Source: Bacteroidota bacterium (GTDB lineage: Bacteria; Bacteroidota; Bacteroidia; Flavobacteriales_D; Sanyastnellaceae). From it: DNA of 35,227 nucleotides. The stretch spans positions 1 to 35,227 of the forward strand of contig JBDKJN010000470.1 of the NCBI GenBank assembly GCA_039796595.1, read 5' to 3'. Of the stretch, positions 27,301-35,227 are shown piece by piece. Every line of letters begins with the position of its first letter. Positions within the stretch are counted from its first letter, which is position 1. The position numbers were made by a program, and so were the translations under genes. The notes under the pieces were generated by a model, which did no database searches, was not told where the DNA came from, and worked only from the letters and a program-made list of their open reading frames with translations.

Positions 27301-29395
27301 ATCCAGTATTTCATGGTTGCCACCCTTGTCTGGAAGTGCAATGCAGCAATTTATTTTTGACCCTGGAGTCTATAGTGTAATCACTTCGCTTTGCAATATC
27401 ACAGATACGCTAACAATTGAGATAGGTGCATCCCCAGTGGATACAACATTAACGATTCAAGCCCCAGACTATTTCTGTCAAGGCGATACTATAATGCTCA
27501 TCGGTCTCAATAATGGCAATGTCTATTATTGGAATGGGGCCTTGCAGCCTTCTGATACCTTGTTAATCACCGAGCCTGGCGTGTACAGTGCGTATATTCA
27601 GGATTACAACGGATGTGAAGCTTTTTCAACGGTATTTGAGATTGAATACTACGTGCCTCCGATGCTTTCGACATCGGGCTATTATGCTTGCCCCGATTCT
27701 ACATTCTTACTCCAATCACCAGGCGATTGGCAAACGGTGTGGCTGGATGAGAATTTTAATTGGTTGAGTGATCAATCCGAATACGAAACGACTCCTGTGA
27801 CCGATACGCTCTATTACTATACTTATCTCACGCATGATGAATGTGTGACCGACACCCTCGCGATCCCTGTGATGCCATATCAAATGAATACGCTCGAATG
27901 GACGAATGTAATCTTGTGCGAAGATGAAATGATTCAGTTCGATCTGCAGTTTTTACCCAATACTCAGGTGGTCTGGGATTTTGGTGTGGACGAAGTCTAT
28001 GGCATCGACGAGCCTAGTTATGTGTTTCCACATCCAGGAGTATATCCGATTGATTTGCAGTTGATCAATCCTTTTGGGTGTCCACAGCATCTTTGGGATA
28101 CCCTTACAATTCTTACCAAACCGATGGGGAGTTTTGTTGTTGACACCGATATGTTTTGTTCCCTGGAATCGCTTGTCGCCAGCAATACGAGCTTGTTGTT
28201 TGACTCCACCGAATGGGCGTTCGGTTCAGAAACCTGGACAGATCAAGACCTCAATCAACCTATCGTGCATTTGGGATGTGATCCATTGATTCAAGATTTG
28301 AGAATGATCGTGACCGCTTCCACGGGTTGTCAGGATACTGTATTCCATTCTATCACTGTATGGCCACAACCGATACCTCAATTGGCTTTTGATAGCCCCA
28401 TTACTTGTTTCCCTGATCTTTTTGTTGACGTGCAAGACTTGACACAATGCAGTGATCAGTCCTTTTGGTTCGTCGATGGTGTCTTACAACAAGATGGGCA
28501 ATCTGTCGAATTGTTTGATAACGAGGGGGACGAATTTGACGTTCAATTGCTCGCTATCAATTCCTATGGTTGTAGCAATACGTTGGATTCGCATTATGTG
28601 TTTACCCATCCACCAGCTTTGATGTTCCAACTTTCAACATGGGCAGGCTGCGAGGATTTGGCCATTCAAATGGAAACGCTCAACAGTGAGATGGATTCAG
28701 TTATTTGGTTCATCGGTAACTCCTGGTCGGATTATGGCAGCCAAAGCGACGTGGTGTTAACTGACCCTGGTCTGTACGACTTTGGTTTGATCGCGGCCAA
28801 TGCTGTGGGGTGTGCTGATACGTTGTATATGTCACAAGCCATCGAAGTTTTTCCAACTCCGGAAGTGGACTTTACAGTTACACCAGATCCCGGTACGATG
28901 TTCGATGCAACGTTCAAATTTGTAGAAGCGTGCAATGGACCGATGTTTTCGTACACCTGGGATATGGCTGGGCTTGCGACTTTGTATGGTGACTCCGTTA
29001 CCTATAATTTCGGTGAGTGGCTCAGTTTTGACGTTGAATTAACCGCTGTTTCTCCTCATGGATGTGTAGCGAGCGCTATTCAAACGGTCTCTGTCATTAC
29101 TCAGGCATTTTGTTTTGTGCCCAACACGTTTACCCCAGACGGTGACGGAGTGAACGATTCATTTATCCCTCGATTTAGCGTTCAAGATGATATTACTTCG
29201 TATCATTTTGAAATTCGTGATCGCTGGGGACTTGTGGTCTTCGAAACCAATGCTGTTGATGAGGCTTGGCAAGGTCAAATGCGTGATGGTAAACATGTCG
29301 TTAGCAACGATGCCTATTTGTGGAGCATGGAATACACCTTGCGCGATAAAGAAGACGCTATCCATTCTTCTGGAGTTGTATTACTCGTTCGCTGA
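24332..29395 (+). CDS. Large (1687 aa) T9SS type B cargo: SBBP beta-propeller repeats, Ig-like repeats, PKD-like modules and gliding-motility CTD
   Basis: Signal peptide MYRYLLGFIVALTVWCSPNINAQ, followed by the domains listed below. Confidence 0.9.
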   Translation: MYRYLLGFIVALTVWCSPNINAQSLWLEQEGGLSNDEALDISNNGSSEVHIVGYVGSGASIGPVTSPGYGISDIFVSERTSNGSYSWVQFFGGSGPDRALAVCSDAFGNVYVTGFFTGTALFGSVMLTSLAGSQDIFICKLNSSGVVQWAVRAGGDEDDIGYGLDVDNTGNVYVVGQFSGTGTFGSFPVTSANYPDNSGPSQDIFVCKLNSNGGFVWVKTGEASDDDRALDISVTTDNKLYVCGYFTNDLQMDQLYTNSVDNIGFVLQLDALGNELNMTYYTSVFLKLEDIESAADGSYFLAGSYQGQMIAPASFNALYTSLYANSIFILRAQPDGTILWFEDISSENDLTCKAMDLDADGYAYINAVFSCDLTELNLEYGGSLLYSAGYDDVLVAKYSPTGNREWVAQYGGPGEAQSQGIAVLAPDFPVITGGFSGRFCVPDAPGTWSPGVTDTGSNQFVDNFSLFACDGWQGDYRMVNSAGNRDIFITCPFSINAPLYNFQDQVPNGSCNQEIPLICFEQCLDTIYMCVPSGAGIPTLTLEYYTEELDLYGPLYDFDFSSNVTSYYLDNEGFWNVYISGTGWYVVTATRQDGCGEPLVDSIYVEIQFMPPAPFFESQMSTFQPGSIDEIFLDLCMEQDVVDAIISSSYSDAYWTFNGDTIYDNPIVIDTSGVYNFYAIFTEECSAHAFFDYEFHDEVPPEAQDAELILQVFGEEFIGDSIWICPNEEIIFSYDFNTLISSSITDDLNMYWLMDGQSLDSLSGQFSSNLSNLTEGWHTLEVWVNYENNGCDYISIQRDFYVVEYESVSPWIIEPADFFICPGEVVEVDWSYGPEGVEVTYISNAIVVDDNTISISEPDVIGLHVAITTEDGCSFQSSAAIVVEYFPIPVATSDPENAVICPGDQVSLSVTPGASYMWIGPEGSVASTEQIYSPSVPGEYFCIMTNEDGCPLESNFIDVSEYSTPYLASSPWTYFCIQDTIFLDVITNEQSSISWLPPLSGSAMQQFIFDPGVYSVITSLCNITDTLTIEIGASPVDTTLTIQAPDYFCQGDTIMLIGLNNGNVYYWNGALQPSDTLLITEPGVYSAYIQDYNGCEAFSTVFEIEYYVPPMLSTSGYYACPDSTFLLQSPGDWQTVWLDENFNWLSDQSEYETTPVTDTLYYYTYLTHDECVTDTLAIPVMPYQMNTLEWTNVILCEDEMIQFDLQFLPNTQVVWDFGVDEVYGIDEPSYVFPHPGVYPIDLQLINPFGCPQHLWDTLTILTKPMGSFVVDTDMFCSLESLVASNTSLLFDSTEWAFGSETWTDQDLNQPIVHLGCDPLIQDLRMIVTASTGCQDTVFHSITVWPQPIPQLAFDSPITCFPDLFVDVQDLTQCSDQSFWFVDGVLQQDGQSVELFDNEGDEFDVQLLAINSYGCSNTLDSHYVFTHPPALMFQLSTWAGCEDLAIQMETLNSEMDSVIWFIGNSWSDYGSQSDVVLTDPGLYDFGLIAANAVGCADTLYMSQAIEVFPTPEVDFTVTPDPGTMFDATFKFVEACNGPMFSYTWDMAGLATLYGDSVTYNFGEWLSFDVELTAVSPHGCVASAIQTVSVITQAFCFVPNTFTPDGDGVNDSFIPRFSVQDDITSYHFEIRDRWGLVVFETNAVDEAWQGQMRDGKHVVSNDAYLWSMEYTLRDKEDAIHSSGVVLLVR
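24428..25650 (+). other. SBBP-type beta-propeller repeats
   Basis: The repeated unit is GG.G.D.[AG]..[IV]..D..GNVYV.G.F.G...FG. Examples are GGSGPDRALAVCSDAFGNVYVTGFFTGTALFG, AGGDEDDIGYGLDVDNTGNVYVVGQFSGTGTFG, DDDRALDISVTTDNKLYVCGYF and YGGPGEAQSQGIAV...ITGGFSG. Confidence 0.6.
27900..29110 (+). other. About five PKD-like modules
   Basis: The clearest is VVWDFGVDEVYGIDEPSYVFPHPGVYPIDLQLINPFGC. It is followed by four ~80-aa units, each ending in a ..[SN]..GC.[DN]T/A... strand. Confidence 0.5.
29113..29395 (+). other. T9SS type B sorting domain (gliding motility-associated C-terminal domain)
   Basis: CFVPNTFTPDGDGVNDSFIP...IRDRWGLVVFET...WQGQ...NDAYLWSMEY has the same signature as 16007-16288. 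Confidence 0.85.
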
Positions 29396-29496
29396 TCATC
29401 CAAGCGAGCATAAGTCGCATTGGCATTTATTGGGAATGTTTTTCGGGTAGAAGTCTATTTTCATTATCCACTTATTTGCTTTTGTCTGGATGGTAG

Positions 29497-30942
<1,446 letters not shown>

Positions 30943-30975
30943 ATCGAGAAACAGAAACCTGAAAATGGATACGAT

Positions 30976-30993
30976 AGGAGGGAACGACCTCCT
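30976..30993. terminator. Weak hairpin between convergent genes
   Basis: AGGAGG, 6-nt loop, CCTCCT (6-bp stem), lying between stop 30942 (+) and stop 31005 (-). There is no clear U-tract on either strand. Confidence 0.25.
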
Positions 30994-31004
30994 CAAGAAT
31001 AGTA

Positions 31005-32561
31005 TTAGATACCCAATTCTTCACCTTCTTCATCGAAGAAGCGATATTCAAGGAAACCATGATCACTGTTCGGTTTCACATCGAGTTTGGTCTTGAATTT
31101 TTTAGACCATGTTTTGCGAATGTTTGTGAAAAATCCGCGATTGAGATAAGCTTCAACCATTGGGTGAACGGTCAAACGCAATTTTTTGTATTTGCCAGTT
31201 TCAGCCAATACGCGCATTGAGTTCTCGATTTCATCTGTAAACAACAATGAACTTTGCACCTGACCTTTGCCGTCGCAACTTGGACATTTTTCGGTGGTGG
31301 TCACTTCAGTCACAGGCTTCACGCGCTCACGGGTAATCTCCACAACCCCAAATTTGCTCGGAGGTAGTACGTTGTGTTTCGCCTTGTCTTCGGCCATTGC
31401 GTCGCGAAGGGTATCAATCAATTTGCGCTGATTATCCTTGTTCTGCATATCGATGAAATCGATACAGATGATACCGCCCATATCACGCAAACGCAATAAG
31501 CGCGCTATTTCCTTAGCACATTCAATATTGGTTTGGAGGGCGTTTTCTTCTTGGCTTTGTATCGAAGCGTTCTTACGATTGCCGCTATTCACGTCAATCA
31601 CATGCATCGCCTCAGTATGCTCTACTATCACATAAGCACCGCTTTTCAAATTCACCTGTTTGCCAAAACTTTGTTTGATTTGGCGATAGATGGAAAAGGC
31701 ATCAAACAAGTCATCGTTGCCATGAAACTTCACGATACTCTCTGAATGACCGAACGAACGGAGATACGATTTGATCTCTTGAACAATCGACTCATCATTG
31801 ACATGAATTGCAGAGAAGCTATCGTTTAAGATATCACGCAACAACGAAGATGTTTTGTTGATTTCTCCTAGAATGCGTTGAGGTGCCTTGGCTGTTTTGA
31901 GGTTTTTGTGCATCTCATGCCAACGGCTGACCAAGTCAGTCAAGTCCTTATCCAATTCACTCACACTGGTACCCTCCGCTTGTGTTCGAATAATTACACC
32001 CATGTTTTGCGGACGAATCTTATTCATAAGCGAGCGCAAGCGATCACGCTCCTGATCATCACTGATCCGGTTGCTCAAAGATACTTTGTTGGAGAATGGA
32101 ACGAGAACCAAATAACGTCCTGCCAAGGTGATTTCAGATGTCAGGCGAGGGCCTTTTTGAGAGATCGGTTCTTTGGCAACCTGCACAGGTACAAGTGCTG
32201 CCTGGCCGATGACATCTTTGATTTTGCCATCCTTAAATATATCGGGCAATGATTTGAATCCATAGAGATCGCCTGTGCGCTGCTCACCTCCAATAGTATT
32301 TCGGGTGAATTGAATCAGAGAGGCGAACTGAGGACCTAAATCTTGGTAATGCAAAAACGCATCTTTGCTATAACCCACATCAACGAAACATGCGTTGAGA
32401 TGAGGCACGAGTTTTCTGACCTTACCTAAATAGACATCTCCTACTGCATACTCCTGATTGCGATGTTCGCGGTGGAGTTCAATTAAGATTTTGTCTTTAA
32501 GCAAAGCAATCGCCACACCTTTAGGGGTAGCATTGATAAAAAGCTCGAGATTACCTGTCAA
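31005..32561 (-). CDS. rng: Ribonuclease G/E family endoribonuclease
   Basis: The S1 domain is VGDVYLGKVRKLVPHLNACFVDVGYSKDAFLH. The catalytic region is GGIICIDFIDM...VVEITRER, and a CPSCDGKG zinc-link-like motif is present. The start is TTG at 32561, with no nearby in-frame ATG. Confidence 0.9.
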   Translation of the reverse strand: MTGNLELFINATPKGVAIALLKDKILIELHREHRNQEYAVGDVYLGKVRKLVPHLNACFVDVGYSKDAFLHYQDLGPQFASLIQFTRNTIGGEQRTGDLYGFKSLPDIFKDGKIKDVIGQAALVPVQVAKEPISQKGPRLTSEITLAGRYLVLVPFSNKVSLSNRISDDQERDRLRSLMNKIRPQNMGVIIRTQAEGTSVSELDKDLTDLVSRWHEMHKNLKTAKAPQRILGEINKTSSLLRDILNDSFSAIHVNDESIVQEIKSYLRSFGHSESIVKFHGNDDLFDAFSIYRQIKQSFGKQVNLKSGAYVIVEHTEAMHVIDVNSGNRKNASIQSQEENALQTNIECAKEIARLLRLRDMGGIICIDFIDMQNKDNQRKLIDTLRDAMAEDKAKHNVLPPSKFGVVEITRERVKPVTEVTTTEKCPSCDGKGQVQSSLLFTDEIENSMRVLAETGKYKKLRLTVHPMVEAYLNRGFFTNIRKTWSKKFKTKLDVKPNSDHGFLEYRFFDEEGEELGI

Positions 32562-32716
32562 GATTGCACCTATTAATTAGGATGAATGGCGCAACATGGC
32601 AACTAATTCTTGTTAGAATCAGTGCCATACTATGCCGAAACATGAGGATACACGCAGCACATCAGAGAGTCATGCGACTCCCGATGTGGCCTGTAATATC
32701 CATGTATTAAAAAGAA

Positions 32717-32812
32717 CTAGCGTACTTTTTTCTTGTGACGGTTCTTTCTTAGGCGCTTCTTTCTTTTGTGAGTGGCCATTTTATGGCGCTTTCTTTTTTT
32801 ACCGCAAGGCAT
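32717..32812 (-). CDS. 31-aa highly basic peptide, bS22/mS38-like (AURKAIP1/COX24-type) candidate ribosomal protein
   Basis: ATG at 32812 to TAG at 32719-32717 encodes MPCGKKRKRHKMATHKRKKRLRKNRHKKKVR (18 K/R plus 3 H of 31). It is below the ORF-track length cutoff. The KRKR.KM..HK.KKR motif is as in bS22/mS38. The start overlaps the end of the TPR gene by 14 nt. Confidence 0.6.
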   Translation of the reverse strand: MPCGKKRKRHKMATHKRKKRLRKNRHKKKVR

Positions 32813-33410
32813 TGTCTGATGTATTTAATTTCTTATTAATTTCTATAATATATTGTTGAACATTGCTGACAACAATAGAGTCATTGGTATGGCGCAACAA
32901 CTGCTCATAACTCGATTTTGCTCTGGCTGGCATGTTCAGTCTTTCGCTCGACTGGCCTAAAAAGAACAACGCATTGTTGTTCGTGCTATCAACCATCACT
33001 CCTCTTTCAAAACAATTGTATGCTCGCTCTAAACTGTCCATCTGGAGGTATTGGTAACCCACTTCCACCAAATAGCGCACATCGTTAGGGCGCAATTCAA
33101 CCACTTTTTCAAAACGCTTTATCGCTTTGTCCATCTGGTTGCTTCTTACCGAAAACATTCCCAAATACAAGTGTGCGTCTACATTGTTGCTGTCTTTGGC
33201 GATCAATTCCCTCAGAAGGGTGATCCCCTCCATTGGATTGGCACCCTGCACCAATTCTACCGCTTGCATTAACTTTAACGAATCAGGATTGGCAGCAACT
33301 TGTTTTTTGGCCAAAACTTTCGCGGGTAACTTCGGCAATACATAATAACCTATCACTAGGGCGAGACAAATAATTCCCGCAATCCATAGCTTAAGGTTGG
33401 TCTTAGGCAT
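32799..33410 (-). CDS. Membrane-anchored tetratricopeptide-repeat protein
   Basis: N-terminal anchor LKLWIAGIICLALVIGYYVL, then TPR-like helices (AHLYLGMFSVRSNQMDKAIKRFEKVVELRPNDV, YLVEVGYQYLQMDSLERAYNCFERGVMVD, ALFFLGQSSERLN). Confidence 0.8.
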   Translation of the reverse strand: MPKTNLKLWIAGIICLALVIGYYVLPKLPAKVLAKKQVAANPDSLKLMQAVELVQGANPMEGITLLRELIAKDSNNVDAHLYLGMFSVRSNQMDKAIKRFEKVVELRPNDVRYLVEVGYQYLQMDSLERAYNCFERGVMVDSTNNNALFFLGQSSERLNMPARAKSSYEQLLRHTNDSIVVSNVQQYIIEINKKLNTSDNALR

Positions 33411-33702
33411 GTTCAGCCACTTTCACTTTTTCTTTTACGCCTTCTAAAAATTCTTTAGCTGGCTTAAAAGATGGAATATAATGTGCAGGAATTGTAACCG
33501 TAGTCTTAGCAAGAATGTTGCGGCCCAATTTTTCAGCACGCTTCTTTACGATAAAACTTCCGAATCCTCTTAAATAAACATTCTCTCCCTTCTCCATTGC
33601 GTTTTTGATAGTACCCATCATACCTTCAACAATGGCCAACACATCGTTCTTATCGATGCCTGTTTTGTTGGAAATCTCTTGCACGATATCCGCCTTAGTC
33701 AT
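33403..33702 (-). CDS. hup: HU/IHF-family DNA-binding protein
   Basis: MTKADIVQEISNKTGIDKNDV...VYLRGFGSFIVKKRAEKLGRNI...IPAHYIPSFKPAKEF is the canonical HU fold sequence. Confidence 0.9.
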   Translation of the reverse strand: MTKADIVQEISNKTGIDKNDVLAIVEGMMGTIKNAMEKGENVYLRGFGSFIVKKRAEKLGRNILAKTTVTIPAHYIPSFKPAKEFLEGVKEKVKVAEHA

Positions 33703-33759
33703 TTTTTATTATACGTTTTAAAATGTTATGCTTTCCTTTACCCCCTTATTTGGGGGGTG

Positions 33760-33789
33760 CAAATATAAGTCTGTTTTTTTTATTTCAAA
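33760..33789 (-). promoter_or_regulatory. Candidate Bacteroidetes promoter for hup (-33 TTTG and -7 TATATTTG)
   Basis: On the minus strand, TTTG (33789-33786) is followed by an 18-nt spacer and TATATTTG (33767-33760), which matches TAnnTTTG. It lies ~58 nt upstream of the hup ATG at 33702. Confidence 0.45.
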
Positions 33790-33816
33790 TGGTTCTTTTT
33801 AAGAAAGTTATCTAAA

Positions 33817-34863
33817 ATGCAGAATTTGACATTTTCGGATCAAATTATTCGTTGGTATAGAGCCTTTAAGAGGGATTTACCATGGCGTCAGACCAATGAT
33901 CCGTATCGAATATGGATCAGTGAAATAATACTGCAACAGACTCGTGTCGATCAGGGAATGGACTATTACCATCGTCTGTTGGATGCTTTTCCAAATGTCA
34001 TCGCCCTGGCAAATGCCAACCAAGATCAGGTGCTCAAGTTGTGGCAAGGTCTAGGGTATTATAGTCGAGCAAGAAATCTGCACTCCACAGCTCAGCTCGT
34101 GGCCAATCAATTGGATGGTGTGTTTCCTGATAATTACAAGGGATTATTAGCACTGAAAGGGGTTGGACCTTATACAGCCGCTGCAATTGCGAGTTTTTGT
34201 TATCAGGAACGCGTTGCTGTGGTGGATGGCAATGTCGAACGTGTCCTGGCTCGTTATTTTGGAATTCAAGACCCTGTGGATGCTACAAACACAAAAAAGG
34301 TTTTGCAGGCGCTGGCGCAGGATCAGCTTTCTACGAGCCAACCTGCCGAACACAATCAGGCTATAATGGAGTTCGGTGCGCTGCAATGCACGCCAAAACA
34401 ACCGCTATGCGATCAATGCCCGCTGCGTACGTCGTGTTTTGCCTTGCGCGAGAACAAGGTTGCTGATCTTCCTTTCAAAGCCAAAAAAACCAAGGTCTTG
34501 GATTGGGCTATTGATTATTTTGTACTGACAGACGGAAAACGGATGCTTTTTAGAAAGCGCACCGAGCAGGGTATTTGGCGGAATTTGCACGATTTCTTTT
34601 CGTTTGAATCTGCACAGCTACTGGAGCGAGCAGCACTAAAAAAGGAAATTGGGCGCTACGGACAACTCCTGGAATCGAGTGATACCATTCTACATCTTTT
34701 GTCGCATCGCAAACTGTCCATTCGTTTTCACCGCATCAAGGTGAGTTCGTTTCCCAAAATTCCCAATGGTGTACTTGTCGATATCGCGAAGTGTGACGAG
34801 CTGGCTGTTCCAAAGCCAATATCCGATTTCTTGAGCCAATGGCAGAATGTCAAAACCAGTTAA
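33817..34863 (+). CDS. mutY: A/G-specific adenine DNA glycosylase
   Basis: YRIWISEIILQQTRV, GLGYYSRARNL, HhH-GPD LKGVGPYTAAAIASF, VDGNVERVL, the 4Fe-4S cluster loop CTPKQPLCDQCPLRTSC and a NUDIX-like C-terminal domain. Confidence 0.95.
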   Translation: MQNLTFSDQIIRWYRAFKRDLPWRQTNDPYRIWISEIILQQTRVDQGMDYYHRLLDAFPNVIALANANQDQVLKLWQGLGYYSRARNLHSTAQLVANQLDGVFPDNYKGLLALKGVGPYTAAAIASFCYQERVAVVDGNVERVLARYFGIQDPVDATNTKKVLQALAQDQLSTSQPAEHNQAIMEFGALQCTPKQPLCDQCPLRTSCFALRENKVADLPFKAKKTKVLDWAIDYFVLTDGKRMLFRKRTEQGIWRNLHDFFSFESAQLLERAALKKEIGRYGQLLESSDTILHLLSHRKLSIRFHRIKVSSFPKIPNGVLVDIAKCDELAVPKPISDFLSQWQNVKTS

Positions 34864-35021
34864 CTTTGGTTGGATTCCCTCTATATCGACGCGATTTTAT
34901 GGTGCACTGCCCTTTGTCTGAGAAAAAAACTAATTAACAATTTGCTCATCGGCTTCGTGATATTCGGTTTTTTTTCGGAATTTCGAGGGACAATTATCGA
35001 CATCAACAAAAATTAACGACC

Positions 35022-35227
35022 ATGGCAAGTGTAAACAAAGTCATCCTTATCGGCAATCTAGGCGCTGATCCTGTGATCAAGGAATTTCCAAACGGCAGCA
35101 TCGCCGAATTTTCAATTGCAACTACAGAAACGTGGAAAGATCGGGATTCAGGCGAAAGAAAATCGCTTACCGATTGGCACAATGTAGTGGTGCGTCGCAC
35201 TGCTCTGGCCAACGTAGTCAAGCAATA
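35022..35227 (+). CDS. ssb: Single-stranded DNA-binding protein (5' fragment, runs off the window)
   Basis: ATG 35022 encodes MASVNKVILIGNLGADPVIKEFPNGSIAEFSIATTETWKDRDSGERKSLTDWHNVVV..., the canonical SSB OB-fold N-terminus. It is absent from the ORF track because no stop lies inside the window. Confidence 0.9.
   Translation, partial: MASVNKVILIGNLGADPVIKEFPNGSIAEFSIATTETWKDRDSGERKSLTDWHNVVVRRTALANVVKQ

Noticed and set aside
32632-32859. The 75-aa plus-strand ORF from the track
   Set aside because: It is the antisense shadow of the basic small ORF and the TPR gene end. Its translation is low-complexity (F/S/L-rich) and it has no start context.
34861-34868. TAACTTTG (matches TAnnTTTG) overlapping the mutY stop, considered as an ssb promoter
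   Set aside because: It lies 154 nt upstream of the ssb ATG. The motif has only six fixed positions, so a chance match is expected somewhere in this much sequence.

Overview
The window looks like an ordinary chromosomal segment of a Bacteroidota genome. Support: two kinds of T9SS C-terminal sorting domains, a PorX-type regulator, TAnnTTTG -7 boxes, A/T-rich SD-less leaders, and hup-TPR-rng and mutY-ssb gene order. Housekeeping genes are pheT, an alanine-dehydrogenase-family enzyme, tsaE, porX, an HD phosphohydrolase, rng, hup, mutY and a 5' fragment of ssb. These are interleaved with three predicted T9SS cargo genes. The first (110-2134) is an FG-GAP/ASPIC protein with a type A CTD, co-transcribed with a two-CxxCH lipoprotein. 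The second (6560-16288) is a 3242-aa protein with nine N-terminal Cys-containing modules, one PKD domain, about 22 Ig-like repeats and a type B gliding-motility CTD. The third (24332-29395) is a 1687-aa protein with an SBBP propeller, Ig-like repeats, PKD-like modules and a type B CTD. Other genes are a TonB-receptor-like outer-membrane barrel and a GH109-like oxidoreductase. I saw no rRNA, tRNA, CRISPR array, transposase/integrase or recognisable defence or toxin module. I do not see a convincing new multi-gene system. The best follow-ups are a 31-codon bS22/mS38-like basic ORF missing from the ORF track (32717-32812), the possibly surface-exposed diheme lipoprotein plus FG-GAP/ASPIC pair, the uncharacterised nine-module N-terminal region of the giant protein, and a cluster of ATATTCG repeats upstream of pheT. 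All homology statements are motif recognition by eye, not searches.
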